64,000 nucleotides of DNA from Nitrosopumilaceae archaeon (GTDB lineage: Archaea > Thermoproteota > Nitrososphaeria > Nitrososphaerales > Nitrosopumilaceae). The DNA is taken from NCBI GenBank assembly GCA_965214835.1, contig CBDCCK010000002.1, positions 1,472,001-1,536,000 on the forward strand, written 5' to 3'. The notes under the pieces are model-generated. The model saw nothing but the letters and a program-made list of their open reading frames with translations. It made no database searches and had not been told where the DNA came from. Below, one piece after another: positions 30,729-41,048 of this stretch. Every line of letters starts with the position of its first letter. The stretch's first letter is position 1. A program made the translations under genes and the position numbers.

Positions 30729-32144
30729 CAGTAGTTCCTCGATGTACTTTTGCAGGCACGATAATTACGCAATTTGCCGAGATTTTTTGACCATCATACT
30801 ATAGATCAGGCGGTGTGCCAACCATCATCATGATACCAACACAAAACGACGTGTTTGCACACCAGTTTGACATAACATCGAGACAGTTTAAAACATTGCG
30901 ACGGCGGTTTCCCAAGCTCGGGCTGGCCGTCTCAAAGAGTCGCAACGCAGTGTATGACCACATCGACGCACTGCGCGTTCTATATTTCATGTCTGAGAGG
31001 AGGATGTTTGCAGAATCTGCCGTGACGCACCTTCGCAGGCGGGCCTCAAAATGCAGCAGGCAGCAGCATGACGACGGGGCTGCCTCCAAGGGCGGCGCGT
31101 ATAGTTGCCGTACGCCTAGTCCGGACTGGATCCTAAAGGCGATCCGGGGCGTCAGCCTGGATGATGCGCAAAAGTGGTGCAGCTCCATGCTGCAGCATAC
31201 GGTAAGGTGCGCCCGCAGGTCAGGCATGCTGCACAACACGGACGTCGTGGCAGTGGACGTTACCGACGTGGAATACTATGGCAAGGGCCTGGAGGATATC
31301 GCCAGAAAGTCAAAGCCCAAGAACGGCACGTCGACGTTTCTCTCGCACATTACCATGCACGGAATAGGATCAGATGACGGGTCTGACCTCGTGCTTTCCT
31401 CGCTGCAGCTTCCAAAAGAGGCAAAACTGGCCGATTTCGTGCCTAAAATGATCCGCAAGGCGTCCAGATCAGGGATGAGGATCAAGACGTTCCTGTATGA
31501 CCGCGGATTCTTTAACGTGGACTGCATGAGGGCTGCAGAAACAAGCACGGGCAGCTACATCATGCCTGCCGTCAAGAACAGGAGGATAGTGGCGGCAATA
31601 GAGGAGCATGACCGCGGAGAACGCGGTGCGGTATCAAAATATACAATGACCAACAAGGACGGCAAGAGCGCCACATTCAGGCTAGTCATTGTGGAAAAGG
31701 ACGAGGTAGAAAAGGACGGCACGGCAGCAGCAAAGAAGGACAAGGCAGAAGAGACCATAGCCGACAGGTATCTGGTCTTTGCCACCAACATGTCTGCTAA
31801 AAGTGCAGAGGCAGTCATTGAGCAGATACCGGAGGAGTACCGCAGTCGGTGGGGAATCGAGACCGGGTTCAGGGTGATCAAGGGGATAATGGGCAAGACG
31901 TGCAGCAATTCCCCGGTCGTCAGGCTGCTGCTGTTCTATATGTCTGTCATACTGTACAACCTGTGGAGGACTGCCGTGTTCATAGACGTGGAATCCAAGT
32001 GGGACGGATTTGCAGGAGGGAAGGGGTTTACCATGATGCTGTTTGTCGCGTGCATTGTCGATGCGGCCGACTCGTTTGTAAACGATCGCGGAAAGTAGCG
32101 GAGGTGCCGTGTCGGGTCTGCAAAAGTACATCTAGGAAGTACTG
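30729..32144 (+). mobile_element. ISH3/IS4-like insertion sequence with transposase 30815..32098
   Basis: 27-bp TIRs CAGTAGTTCCTCGATGTACTTTTGCAG / CTGCAAAAGTACATCTAGGAAGTACTG; VAVDVT, YDRGFF, YRSRWGIETGFR. Confidence 0.88.
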
Positions 32145-32782
32145 AAATAGGCTGGATCACGCCTAAAAGGGCCAAAAACGACATAATAAGAGCAGGAAAA
32201 AGAGACAGGTTCAAGCCCACAGGGCCAAACCAGCTGTGGGAGACTGACATCACGTACGTCTGGTGCGGTATAGACGGGTGGTGCTACTGCCTTAGCGTAA
32301 TTGATACGTTCACCCGGAAGTGGATAACATACGTCTTTGACACGCAGGCCACCGCACAGGTCGCAGTCGAATCGCTGACAAAGGCAGTCTCCACGATTTC
32401 GGCAGACGAGGCAAGAGGACTGCTGGTCAGAAGCGACAACGGCACACAGTATACGAGCCGCGAATTCAAGGAGAGCATGAAGATTCTGGGAGTCCGGTGC
32501 GAGTACATCTGGCATAACACGCCAGAACAGAACGGACATGTCGAGTCCTTCCACAAGACCCTCAAAAAGGAGTACGTCTGGCCGCATGACTTTGCCAGGT
32601 TCCAGGATGCCGAGGTCGTCCTGGCAGAGGCATTTGCAGACTAAGACAGGATCCACTCGGCACTGGTACACCTGACGCCGGACGAGTTTGTCCGGAAAAT
32701 GCAGGAGGTGCCGCAAAAATGAGCGATCAGAGTGTGCATAAAATGGCGCCAAAATCGTTCCTACTTACAGGGGTCCACTCCA
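32145..32782 (+). pseudogene. IS3-family transposase (integrase core) fragment with right end
   Basis: PNQLWETDITYV, VIDTFTR, RSDNGTQYTS, PEQNGHVESFHKTLKKE; in-frame stop ~32642; ends ...GGGGTCCACTCCA. Confidence 0.85.
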
Positions 32783-32818
32783 GCCGACACGCATCCGGCA
32801 GGCGTGAGAAAGGCGGAA

Positions 32819-33907
32819 TCACGCCGACTCTCTGCCCTCGGTGCATGCTCTTATGTATCCTGCCAGCCTTTTGCCGGTCTGGCTGATTGACATGTTTTCC
32901 ATGTAAGGCCGCCTTCCCTGCTCGGCTATCCTCCTTCTGAGATCTGCGTCGTTTTTCAGCAGCAGTATGCCTTTGGACAGATCTTCATGCGACGCACTGC
33001 GTACCAGCAGGCAGTTCTCTCCGTCCTCCAGTCCTGCCTCGGCCGTGACATCCGTCTTCATCGTAATCAGCGGTTTTGCCGATGCCAGGATCTGGTGGAC
33101 CTTGTTGGTCAGTACCGTACGGCTTTTCCTGCTTGTGCCAAACGTCCCGAGGCACACGTCGCTGCCGTCAATGCTGTCAAGCAGCCTCTGGGTGGAGACC
33201 ATGCCGAGAAACCTCACGTTGGCCATGTTGTTTCTTTTGGCATACTCCTCGATTTCCTGCCTGTCCTGCCCGTCGCCGCAAAAGACAAACGTCACCTCGC
33301 TTAGCTGCTTGGCAGACCTTATTATGGTTTTGACCCCGTGGAGCGGGATGAACTTGCCAAAGTACAGCACTACGAACTCGTCGCGCTGCTCCTTGAACGG
33401 CAGCGGTTCAAAGAGCGGCTCGTATGCTGAGAGCCACAGCTGTCCGAACTTCTCCCTGGGCAGGCCAAACTCCGACATGAAATACTCTATGGCAGCGGTG
33501 CTCTCCAGAATTACAAGATCGGACCACCTGCATGCGGTCTTGTCGATATAGCGGATGATTCTGGCCTTTATCGAGTCCTTGTCCATCTTTTTGCGATCGT
33601 TTGTCAGCGTATCGTAGATTGAAAATGCCGGAAAGTATATGATCGGCTTCCGGCAGACCAGCCTGGCAAGGGGGAACGTTATGATTCCCCTGTACGGGAT
33701 TATCATAATGTCGTAGGCCATCCTCCTGTGCCTCAGGAACAGCCTGAGGAACGACCCAATGACAGAGGCGTACGTGCGGCAGTCCTCCCTGCACTCGATG
33801 ACCTTGAATTCCTGGGATCTGCAGATCTCGCCTATCAGATCCCCCCCGGGGCCGGACGGGATCCCGTTTGTCGAGCTTTGGTAGGAGCCGAAGAGGCATA
33901 TCCTCAT
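32819..33907 (-). CDS. GT4-family glycosyltransferase
   Basis: VLYFGKFIPLHGV, CGDGQD, SDVCLGTFG, NKVHQILAS. Confidence 0.9.
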   Translation of the reverse strand: MRICLFGSYQSSTNGIPSGPGGDLIGEICRSQEFKVIECREDCRTYASVIGSFLRLFLRHRRMAYDIMIIPYRGIITFPLARLVCRKPIIYFPAFSIYDTLTNDRKKMDKDSIKARIIRYIDKTACRWSDLVILESTAAIEYFMSEFGLPREKFGQLWLSAYEPLFEPLPFKEQRDEFVVLYFGKFIPLHGVKTIIRSAKQLSEVTFVFCGDGQDRQEIEEYAKRNNMANVRFLGMVSTQRLLDSIDGSDVCLGTFGTSRKSRTVLTNKVHQILASAKPLITMKTDVTAEAGLEDGENCLLVRSASHEDLSKGILLLKNDADLRRRIAEQGRRPYMENMSISQTGKRLAGYIRACTEGRESA

Positions 33908-34329
33908 AATGTCAGATGCGGCATGGCGGTAATAATTTTTACGTCACGCATTTGCCGCAGTCCACAAGATAGCACGCCTCGTGATGTCCAAAAAAGCGGC
34001 GCCCTGCGGTCACACAGCCGCCCCGCCACGATACGAGGACGTGGCAGATCCCGGCGATCTGCACCACAAATCATGAAATGTGGATCCTCTCCAAATTGGG
34101 CTTGGTTATTTTGCCGTATAATTTACAGAAAATCAGCCAAATAGGCCCTGCCGGCAGATCCCGGCGATCTTTCGAATAATCTGGTTCTGAGAACAGCTCC
34201 ATCATGATTTTTTCAAAAACCCTCTTTTTTGATTTCTGCAGGCGACAAAATGCCAAAAACAGTCCCGGCCTTTGCCTCCTTGTGTAATGGAACTGCCTTT
34301 TAGAAATTTGCACAAGCAAACATGACAGC

Positions 34330-34683
34330 CCTAGGTTCGCCGGTGCCACAGAAAGCACCCCAAGGCTTGCAGATGGCAGGTGACCAATGGTACTGCAACG
34401 CGCTAGGCTGACAGGGGACGCGATGCAGCATACGTCAGAGACTCCTGGGTGCAGTGGAGTCAGCTGCAATGTTCCATACGGGAGTGGCAATTCCAGATTC
34501 ATCGCGTCAAAAAACCCGCAGAAACACTACAGGGCAGGAAGGCTTGCAGTGAAGAGATTCTTTGGCCGGCCCAGGGGCGGGTTTCGCAGTGCAAGGATCA
34601 GGCATAGAAGGGCTGCGGCAACTGCCCCGGGTCTGCCTACCGGGCATGTGCCATGACGTATTGGAGAGTTTTGGGACAAGTTC
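34330..34683 (+). pseudogene. Degenerate IS5-family transposase C-terminal remnant
   Basis: ADRG-like segment and YRAGRLAVKRFFG..GGFRSARIR resemble the IS5 YxxRxxVERFF motif. Confidence 0.45.
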
Positions 34684-34684
34684 T

Positions 34685-35668
34685 TTATTCTAGCCTGGGC
34701 TTGATTTTGGCGGTTCTTATATAGTACTCTAATGTGTTTCTGGCATTACGAAGCAGCGAATTTTTCAAAAGCGGTCCGAGCGTCCTGGCCACGGCTCTTG
34801 CCAGCATGTTTTTGTGCGTGTCATGTGTAAATGAATACAAGACATGGTACACATGCCTGCATACTCTGATCTGCACTGCCTTTCTCCGGGCGTTGTTTTT
34901 CAACGCATCGTAGTACCGTCTCTGATCGTCGCCGCTAAGATCGGACACGACCGACAGGATGATCCTGTCCCTGTCCGTCCTCCTCTTCTCTGCATCAAAC
35001 ATTGCTTGCCCATCGTGCCTCCTGTATCCGTATATGATCTTTGGAATGTGATGAAACCTGTACTTGTACACTATGATCAGCCTCGTGTTGAACTCTACGT
35101 CTTCAGATCGCCAAAATCTTTCGTCAAAACCGCCCGCCTCCTCAAGAATGGATTTGTGTATGAGGGTCACGCCACCGCTGCCGAAAAGCCCGTAAAAAAT
35201 GGACACGCCCTGCTCAAACGCAGTCATGGAATTGTCCATGTCATACGCAAGCGTCCTGCCTGTTGGCCTTCCGTCATGGCTTAGTATCTGCAAGTCAAAA
35301 AATGGTATTATCTTGGTAGATGATGAGGAATTGAGCATTTGGCCTGCACGTACCATCTGCCCTATCGCGTCTGGATACATGATGTCATCAGAGTCCAAGA
35401 TGGTAAGCCACTCTCCTGTCATGTTATCGATTCCCCTGTTCCGGGCCGCCGCGATACCGCCATGCTTGGTGTCTATTATTTTGATCCTGCCTGAGTATTG
35501 CTTCAGTATTTCAAGCGAGCCATCCGTGGATCCGTCATTTACGGCTATGATCTCGGTGTTCTTATACGTCTGATTCAATGCAGACTCTATGCACTCTGTC
35601 AGATATTTTTCACTGTTATGTACGGGGATCACTATGGAGACTTTGCCATTCTTGTTGCTGGTCTGCAT
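34685..35668 (-). CDS. GT2-family glycosyltransferase
   Basis: VSIVIPVHN, VNDGSTD, ARNRGI, LDSDD, GGFDE, SEDVEF. Confidence 0.93.
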   Translation of the reverse strand: MQTSNKNGKVSIVIPVHNSEKYLTECIESALNQTYKNTEIIAVNDGSTDGSLEILKQYSGRIKIIDTKHGGIAAARNRGIDNMTGEWLTILDSDDIMYPDAIGQMVRAGQMLNSSSSTKIIPFFDLQILSHDGRPTGRTLAYDMDNSMTAFEQGVSIFYGLFGSGGVTLIHKSILEEAGGFDERFWRSEDVEFNTRLIIVYKYRFHHIPKIIYGYRRHDGQAMFDAEKRRTDRDRIILSVVSDLSGDDQRRYYDALKNNARRKAVQIRVCRHVYHVLYSFTHDTHKNMLARAVARTLGPLLKNSLLRNARNTLEYYIRTAKIKPRLE

Positions 35669-36357
35669 CGTTGGATCGTTATTTTTATCAATATTTAATA
35701 CATTGATTGAAAAGTCGCATGTGCAGACAGCCCACATCAGAAGTGGCGTTCGTTCTCCAAAGCCAGTCAGCCATGCCCATCCATGCATGATCCATTCGGA
35801 ACTGCCTTCTCCCCCCTGGCCGCACACGTTTCGTACCGTCTGTCGACCTACTTTGGATATCTTCACATGCGGTCAATAACCAGCTAAGTGAAAAGTACCC
35901 CAGTCAGGCAGAAAATCAAAGAATTTAGACCATCTTGACAACACTGGCAAATGCAAACAGATCAATTACGGTGCGGCCCCGTGGTTTTTGTTGACGCAAA
36001 AATCCAGACAGTGCCGCGATCTTGAGAACAACCCGCGCATATATGAACATGTTGCAGATGGGTTCTGTGTAATCTTCGAGACCTGAAACATGGATATTCT
36101 CCGACCCTAGTCACCATTACCCATTATTTCCATTGGACTGTTCCGGTTTTTGGTTCTGTGTAAAATTGGGGATATGGAACTTCACCGGATTCGGATTTTC
36201 CTTGGTTTGGTGGCCAGATCTCTAAGCCAGAGATGTTTGGAAATATGCATAATCTTGGACGCCTGAAAGGGGGGGATTATTTTACGCCTAGAAAGTTGAG
36301 GACCTGATGTTGTACACCACATGCAATTGCAGCCATGCCGGATCTAACTGCCTGCCG

Positions 36358-38640
36358 TTAGGAGGCAGGCGGATTTAATATTTTTTCTGCCTGTAATTCC
36401 TGCACTGCCGCATCTACGTTGTTTTGGCTAAAGTCGGCATTAGGTTTTAATTCAGTTATTATATCGAAAATTCTGTTCGAACATTTTCCATCCTCGTAGG
36501 ATGCTATATAATGCACAGATGCCAGCAATTCCATCTCTCTTGGGGTTTTGCCATCCAATAATCTGTGGACAAACTCGATTCTTGAATCAAGTTCCGGCAC
36601 TGTTCCAATCGATGCAAGGTGCTTCTTCCCGTCCTCTGTCAGCACCATATTGAATTGGGTTCTTCCCGGGGTGGACAATGACCTTGGTTCTATGCGGATT
36701 TGGCCATCTATGACCATGCCCTCTGACATGTACTTTACCTCCTCCGAGTACGGTCCGTAGCTGTTCCACTGGTACAGAAAAACCTTGCGCCCCAGATTCA
36801 CAAAGTAGAGTATTTTTTGCAGTGCCTTTTTGCCCTGGATTTGGCCGAACCTATCGAGGGCCTTTAGCACCACATATGACTTTGGGAGATCGCTGCCAGT
36901 TGCCTTGTTGTCCAACGTATCATACGTGGTAGAGCCTCCCGTATTTATCCTTTGTAATGCAGTACTAGGTACGAGTTTACCCCTCAGGCGACGCTGCCAG
37001 TCAGGGTCTTGACGAGCATTTCCCTCACGCCGCACCCCCGGGCGCGCCAATTCATCGCGCACGTCATCAATACGGTGAACATCTCCATGCCTTCCATGGT
37101 ACGGAGTCCTTGGAATACCTTGCGCGCAATTACGGACGGCCTCAGCATGCGCTCGGCCAGGTTGTTGGTGGGCTCCATGCCTGGATGCAATGTGAACGTG
37201 TAGAGAAATTCCGAGGCGTTCCCAAGCTTTGTGGCAAAGCTCTCGCATCCGGCCTCCCTGCCGAATGCCTCGGCCAGCCCGCGCGTTTCTGCCACCAGCA
37301 TGTCGTGCCGGGCGGCGCCCTCCTCCTCCGGCGGCCCCAGCCCCTTGGCATGGATGAACTTTTTCTTGAGTGTACCATACAGCGCGTGGGCCTTCCGGGA
37401 GGTCTTGCCGGCCTCCCTGGCCTCCCGGAGTATGTGTGCCCAGCACCACTGCCTGGTCTTGAATGCGGCGTATACGCCGTACCCGTCGACTGTGACCGGT
37501 TTGTCATAATACGGAAAGTTCATGTCAACTACGGCCCTGCCCCTACTGGGTGCGGCCAGCGTGTGGACGCCGGCGACGGTGCCGTCCCTGTTCCTGCCCA
37601 CGACCACCCATATGCGGGCCGTCCTGCCGTTGTATGGCATGGCAGTCTCGTCAATATGCAGATAATCAGAATCCCTGATGGCCTGCCTGATGCTCTCTAC
37701 GCCGGGCTTTATCGCATTGGCGCCGGCCCTCAGGCACTGCAGCACGCCTGCCTCTGACACTTCTATGCCTAGGATTTCTGAGCACAGTGTGGCCGTGGCC
37801 TGTATGGAGGCAGGTGCCACGCGTATTGCGGCCATCATCCCCGTGATGTTTGGTCCAAACTCGGTTCCCGGCACGTTCCATGACCTGTCGTCTTCGATGC
37901 ACATGTTGCCACAGTCGGCGCATTTGCGCCTGTATGCGGTGTGCTGTGTCGTGACCGGCTCGGGCCTCTTGGGGGTATCGGTCACAAGCTTGGAGAAGAT
38001 CTTTTTCGGCTTCTTCATGTTGGTGCTGCCGCACTTGCCGCACTTTTTGGGGCAGTGCTTTACAAACAAGGTCGGTTTTCTGGCGTGTGAGACCCCCTCG
38101 TGTCCCTGTCTGCGGCCCGGCTTTGCCTTTGCAGGTGCCGGTACATTACCTGATGCCTTTGCCGCGGCGGCCTTTTTCTGCCGGGTAGGAATAGAGTTCT
38201 GCGATGAGGGGGTGTGAGGGTTTTCGTAATATCTGATGTGCTGTCTGAGCTGCTGGTTTTCTGCTTCCAGTGCCGCGGTTTGCGCGTCAGGTGCCGTCCC
38301 TCCCCGGGGTTCGCCCTCTGGCCACCCTGGGGCGGGCCCCTTTTGCTTGAACCAGTTGATCTGTGCTGTCTGCATCAGGATTGTCACCGAGGCCTCGGCC
38401 AGCTGTTCGGCAAGCCCGACTATTGCCCGATCCCTGTCTGCGATGATTCCATCCTTCTTGTCTGATTCGGCTATGACGCGGGCCAGCTCGTCGCGCAGTA
38501 TCTTGATCTCTGAATCAGGCAATGAATACAGGTGTGGTCTTGACGTATATGGATCCAGATGGTGATCAAAAGTTGGCCTCGTACTCAACCTAAACTATAG
38601 GGAGGGGTAAACTCATACCAGTACTAGACCAATCTGTCAT
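36358..38640 (-). pseudogene. YwgA/Panacea(SocA)-like protein interrupted at ~codon 7 by IS66
   Basis: Removing IS66 gives MTDWSSTALQRINT...GKKALQKILYF...YQWNSYGPYSEE...LTEDG...ELLASVHY; ATG overlaps the HD gene stop (TGATG). Confidence 0.72.
36969..38618 (-). mobile_element. IS66-family element, apparently intact (transposase 36984..38588)
   Basis: TIR GTACGAGTTTACCCCT / AGGGGTAAACTCATAC; direct repeat CAGTACTAG on both flanks; HIDET, VDGY, QWCWAH, TNNLAERMLR. Confidence 0.93.
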
Positions 38641-39956
38641 CAATAATACTCAAAGTTTTTCCTTAAATAATCTTCAAGGTCACGTTTCCTTTTGGCGGCG
38701 GTAAAGATCCTGTGGACGCTAAAATGCCGGGCGATGGCACGTACAATCCTGGATTTTTTTTCTATTGGCTCTGTCAGGTTGGTTTTGGGATCGTAGATGA
38801 GGATGGTGTCCACGTATTTGTCAGCCTGATCGGCCAATATGTTCGAGTAGGGCTGTAGCTTGTATGGCAGACTGGTAGATCGATCAAAGATGACCTCATC
38901 GGCGTCAATGCCAATGTCGCTCAGATTTGCCTTCACGCTTGATTCTACTGCATTATGGTATCCAATGGGTTCTTCTTCCTTTTCTGGCGAGTCTGCATTC
39001 ATCTTTCTCCTGATTGTTTCAGAGTTGCTCACTTCCTTGTACGGGATTCTTCTTTCTATGTCACGAACTATGTCTTTGAGCACCTGCTTGTCGGTTGTCT
39101 TGATCTTGCTAAGAAACCACGCATCATCACATGCTGCAAATTTTTCAAAAGCTGACGGATCATCAAACTCTTTGATGGTCGGATAGCCGAGCTTGTTCTC
39201 CCTTACAAGATCTTCTGTAACCTTTGTTGCCATCCCTTCAAAGGCCCGTTTGGTTTTGTGCAGATAGACTTGGCCGAACATGTGATATCTCGCAGATATA
39301 AGCTGCTCTGCAGCAAAAAACCCGCCATCAAGTACCACCATCTGGCCGTCTTTGACCAGCAGGGAATCCAACAACCTGTCAAGATCAAACAGCCCGTATT
39401 TTACGCCGGCATAGTGAGAGTCCCTAAGGAGGTAGTCAAACTTGTCCACGTCAAGCTGCCCGGAGATGAGGCTTGTCAGAAACGGTTTCTCGGGATCGGG
39501 CTTTCCCTGGATCAGGTTGGCCACCTGCTGTGGGTCTGTTTTGGATGCGCGTATGGCATCAGAAAATCTTTTCATGACAAATGCCTCCGAATAGTCCTCG
39601 TGTGATTCCGGAAAACTCCTGTCCAGTGCGTGAGAGAACGGCCTGTGGCCCACATCATGGAGCAAGGCGGCAAATCGGACAAGACGAATGTCATCCTCCT
39701 TGACGGATAGCGGTATGTTCAGCTTGGCTGCATTGTGCTGGATCCTTCGGAGTGCCCTGTCGACAGTATGCATTGCTCCCAACACGTGGCCGAATCTCGA
39801 ATGCTCCGCCCCGTGATACACAAAATAAGAGAAGCTTAGCTGCTTTATCCTTCTAAGCCTTTGGAATACTGGATCCTGTATTATCCGTAGCTCCTCGTCA
39901 TATACTGGAATAAACCCGTGTACGGGATCACGGAATTCTTTACGAGGTGTTGTCAT
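38640..39956 (-). CDS. HD-domain phosphohydrolase (SAMHD1/YwfO-like dNTP triphosphohydrolase family)
   Basis: RDPVHGFI, FQRLRRIKQL, HSRFGHVLG, LLHDVGHRPFSH, LDVDKFDYLLRDSHYAG, VYLHK. Confidence 0.9.
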   Translation of the reverse strand: MTTPRKEFRDPVHGFIPVYDEELRIIQDPVFQRLRRIKQLSFSYFVYHGAEHSRFGHVLGAMHTVDRALRRIQHNAAKLNIPLSVKEDDIRLVRFAALLHDVGHRPFSHALDRSFPESHEDYSEAFVMKRFSDAIRASKTDPQQVANLIQGKPDPEKPFLTSLISGQLDVDKFDYLLRDSHYAGVKYGLFDLDRLLDSLLVKDGQMVVLDGGFFAAEQLISARYHMFGQVYLHKTKRAFEGMATKVTEDLVRENKLGYPTIKEFDDPSAFEKFAACDDAWFLSKIKTTDKQVLKDIVRDIERRIPYKEVSNSETIRRKMNADSPEKEEEPIGYHNAVESSVKANLSDIGIDADEVIFDRSTSLPYKLQPYSNILADQADKYVDTILIYDPKTNLTEPIEKKSRIVRAIARHFSVHRIFTAAKRKRDLEDYLRKNFEYY

Positions 39957-40202
39957 TGCTTACGTGTTGGATTAATCTTGTGGGTATAATTACTGATCAC
40001 TGCGCATCTCATCCATATGTGAGATCAATTGATCCAACATATAACATGAATTATGCTTTGGATGCATCATGATCCATTCGGTTATAAAATAATAAAAAAT
40101 AGTGGCAGGGATATTGTAGGCGTTCCGATCGCCTTCTGCCGTCGTTGTGCTAGGCAGACCCGGACCCGCTGCGGGTTCTACAACCACTAGACCCGCCTTC
40201 CA

Positions 40203-40470
40203 CTATGGGTTTGAGTTCCCCTCTAGCACGACCTTGCCGTTTGGCAGCGCGCCTGCGAATCTGTAGCCGCGCACAATCAGTACTTCGGCCTGCACGCTGT
40301 CTGCAACGACTTGGTCTGGCCCGTCTTGCCGGTGCATGTTAGCGCCTCTAGCATACGGCCAAGCTGTTCAGGCGTCGCCTCCTCTAGCGCATGCTGTGCT
40401 GCTGCTTTTGCTCGAGTATCGGATCTGCGTTGACCTGATCCAGGTGCTCCTCGGATCTGAGAAATGCCTC
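40203..40470 (-). pseudogene. Probable C-terminal remnant of an archaeal integrase-like protein
   Basis: Broken frames give EAFLRSEEHL and RGYRFAGALPNGKVVLE; the same LPNGKVVLE motif occurs at ~47740 (+); family assignment is from memory. Confidence 0.4.
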
Positions 40471-40471
40471 A

Positions 40472-40916
40472 GTAACCATATGTGTCTCAAAAACGAAATT
40501 CAGATGGTGTCAAGATAAACGGCAGTGCAAACAGACAGATTACCGCAAAAAAGAGGGCACGTGTGAAATCAAAAGCAGTGCAGCAGCAGTATGTCGGCCT
40601 TGACGTGCACAAGGAGTCCATCCAGGTTGCGGTGATGGACAAGGACGGCAAGGTGCCACTGTTTGTCGACAACGCGTCGTATCACAGGGCCGCACTGGTC
40701 AGGGAGCAGCTGGCAGAATGGAATGGCGACGTGGTGCTAAAGTTCCTGCCGCCGTACACGCCGGAGCTGAACAAGATAGAGGGGCAGTGGCGCGGGTTCA
40801 AAAAGGCGACTGCAAACCGCCTGTATCAGACCGTCGACGAGATGCAAAAGTCCATACGCGTCATGTTGCGCAGGGGCGAGATCAAGATCTGCGAAATGAG
40901 CGATTATCTCAGCTAG
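40472..40916 (+). pseudogene. Chimeric IS110 (left end plus N-terminus) / IS630 (C-terminus) remnant
   Basis: 40472-40656 homologous to 858-1036; then VDNASYH...FLPPYTPELNKIEGQW (IS630). Confidence 0.85.
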
Positions 40917-41048
40917 ATACTACAGCATGTCGTGAAACTACTGCTGTTAAACCCGATCATCATCAAAAACGGTAAAAGAATCCAAGACCCCGTCCCATCA
41001 GCCTGGATTGGAATATGATCCCTCAAAACCAAAACAGACTGTTTGTGA

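Noticed and set aside
36358-37449. 363-aa ORF as a real fusion protein
   Set aside because: The N-terminal half is an alternate frame of the IS66 3' end read through into the interrupted YwgA-like gene
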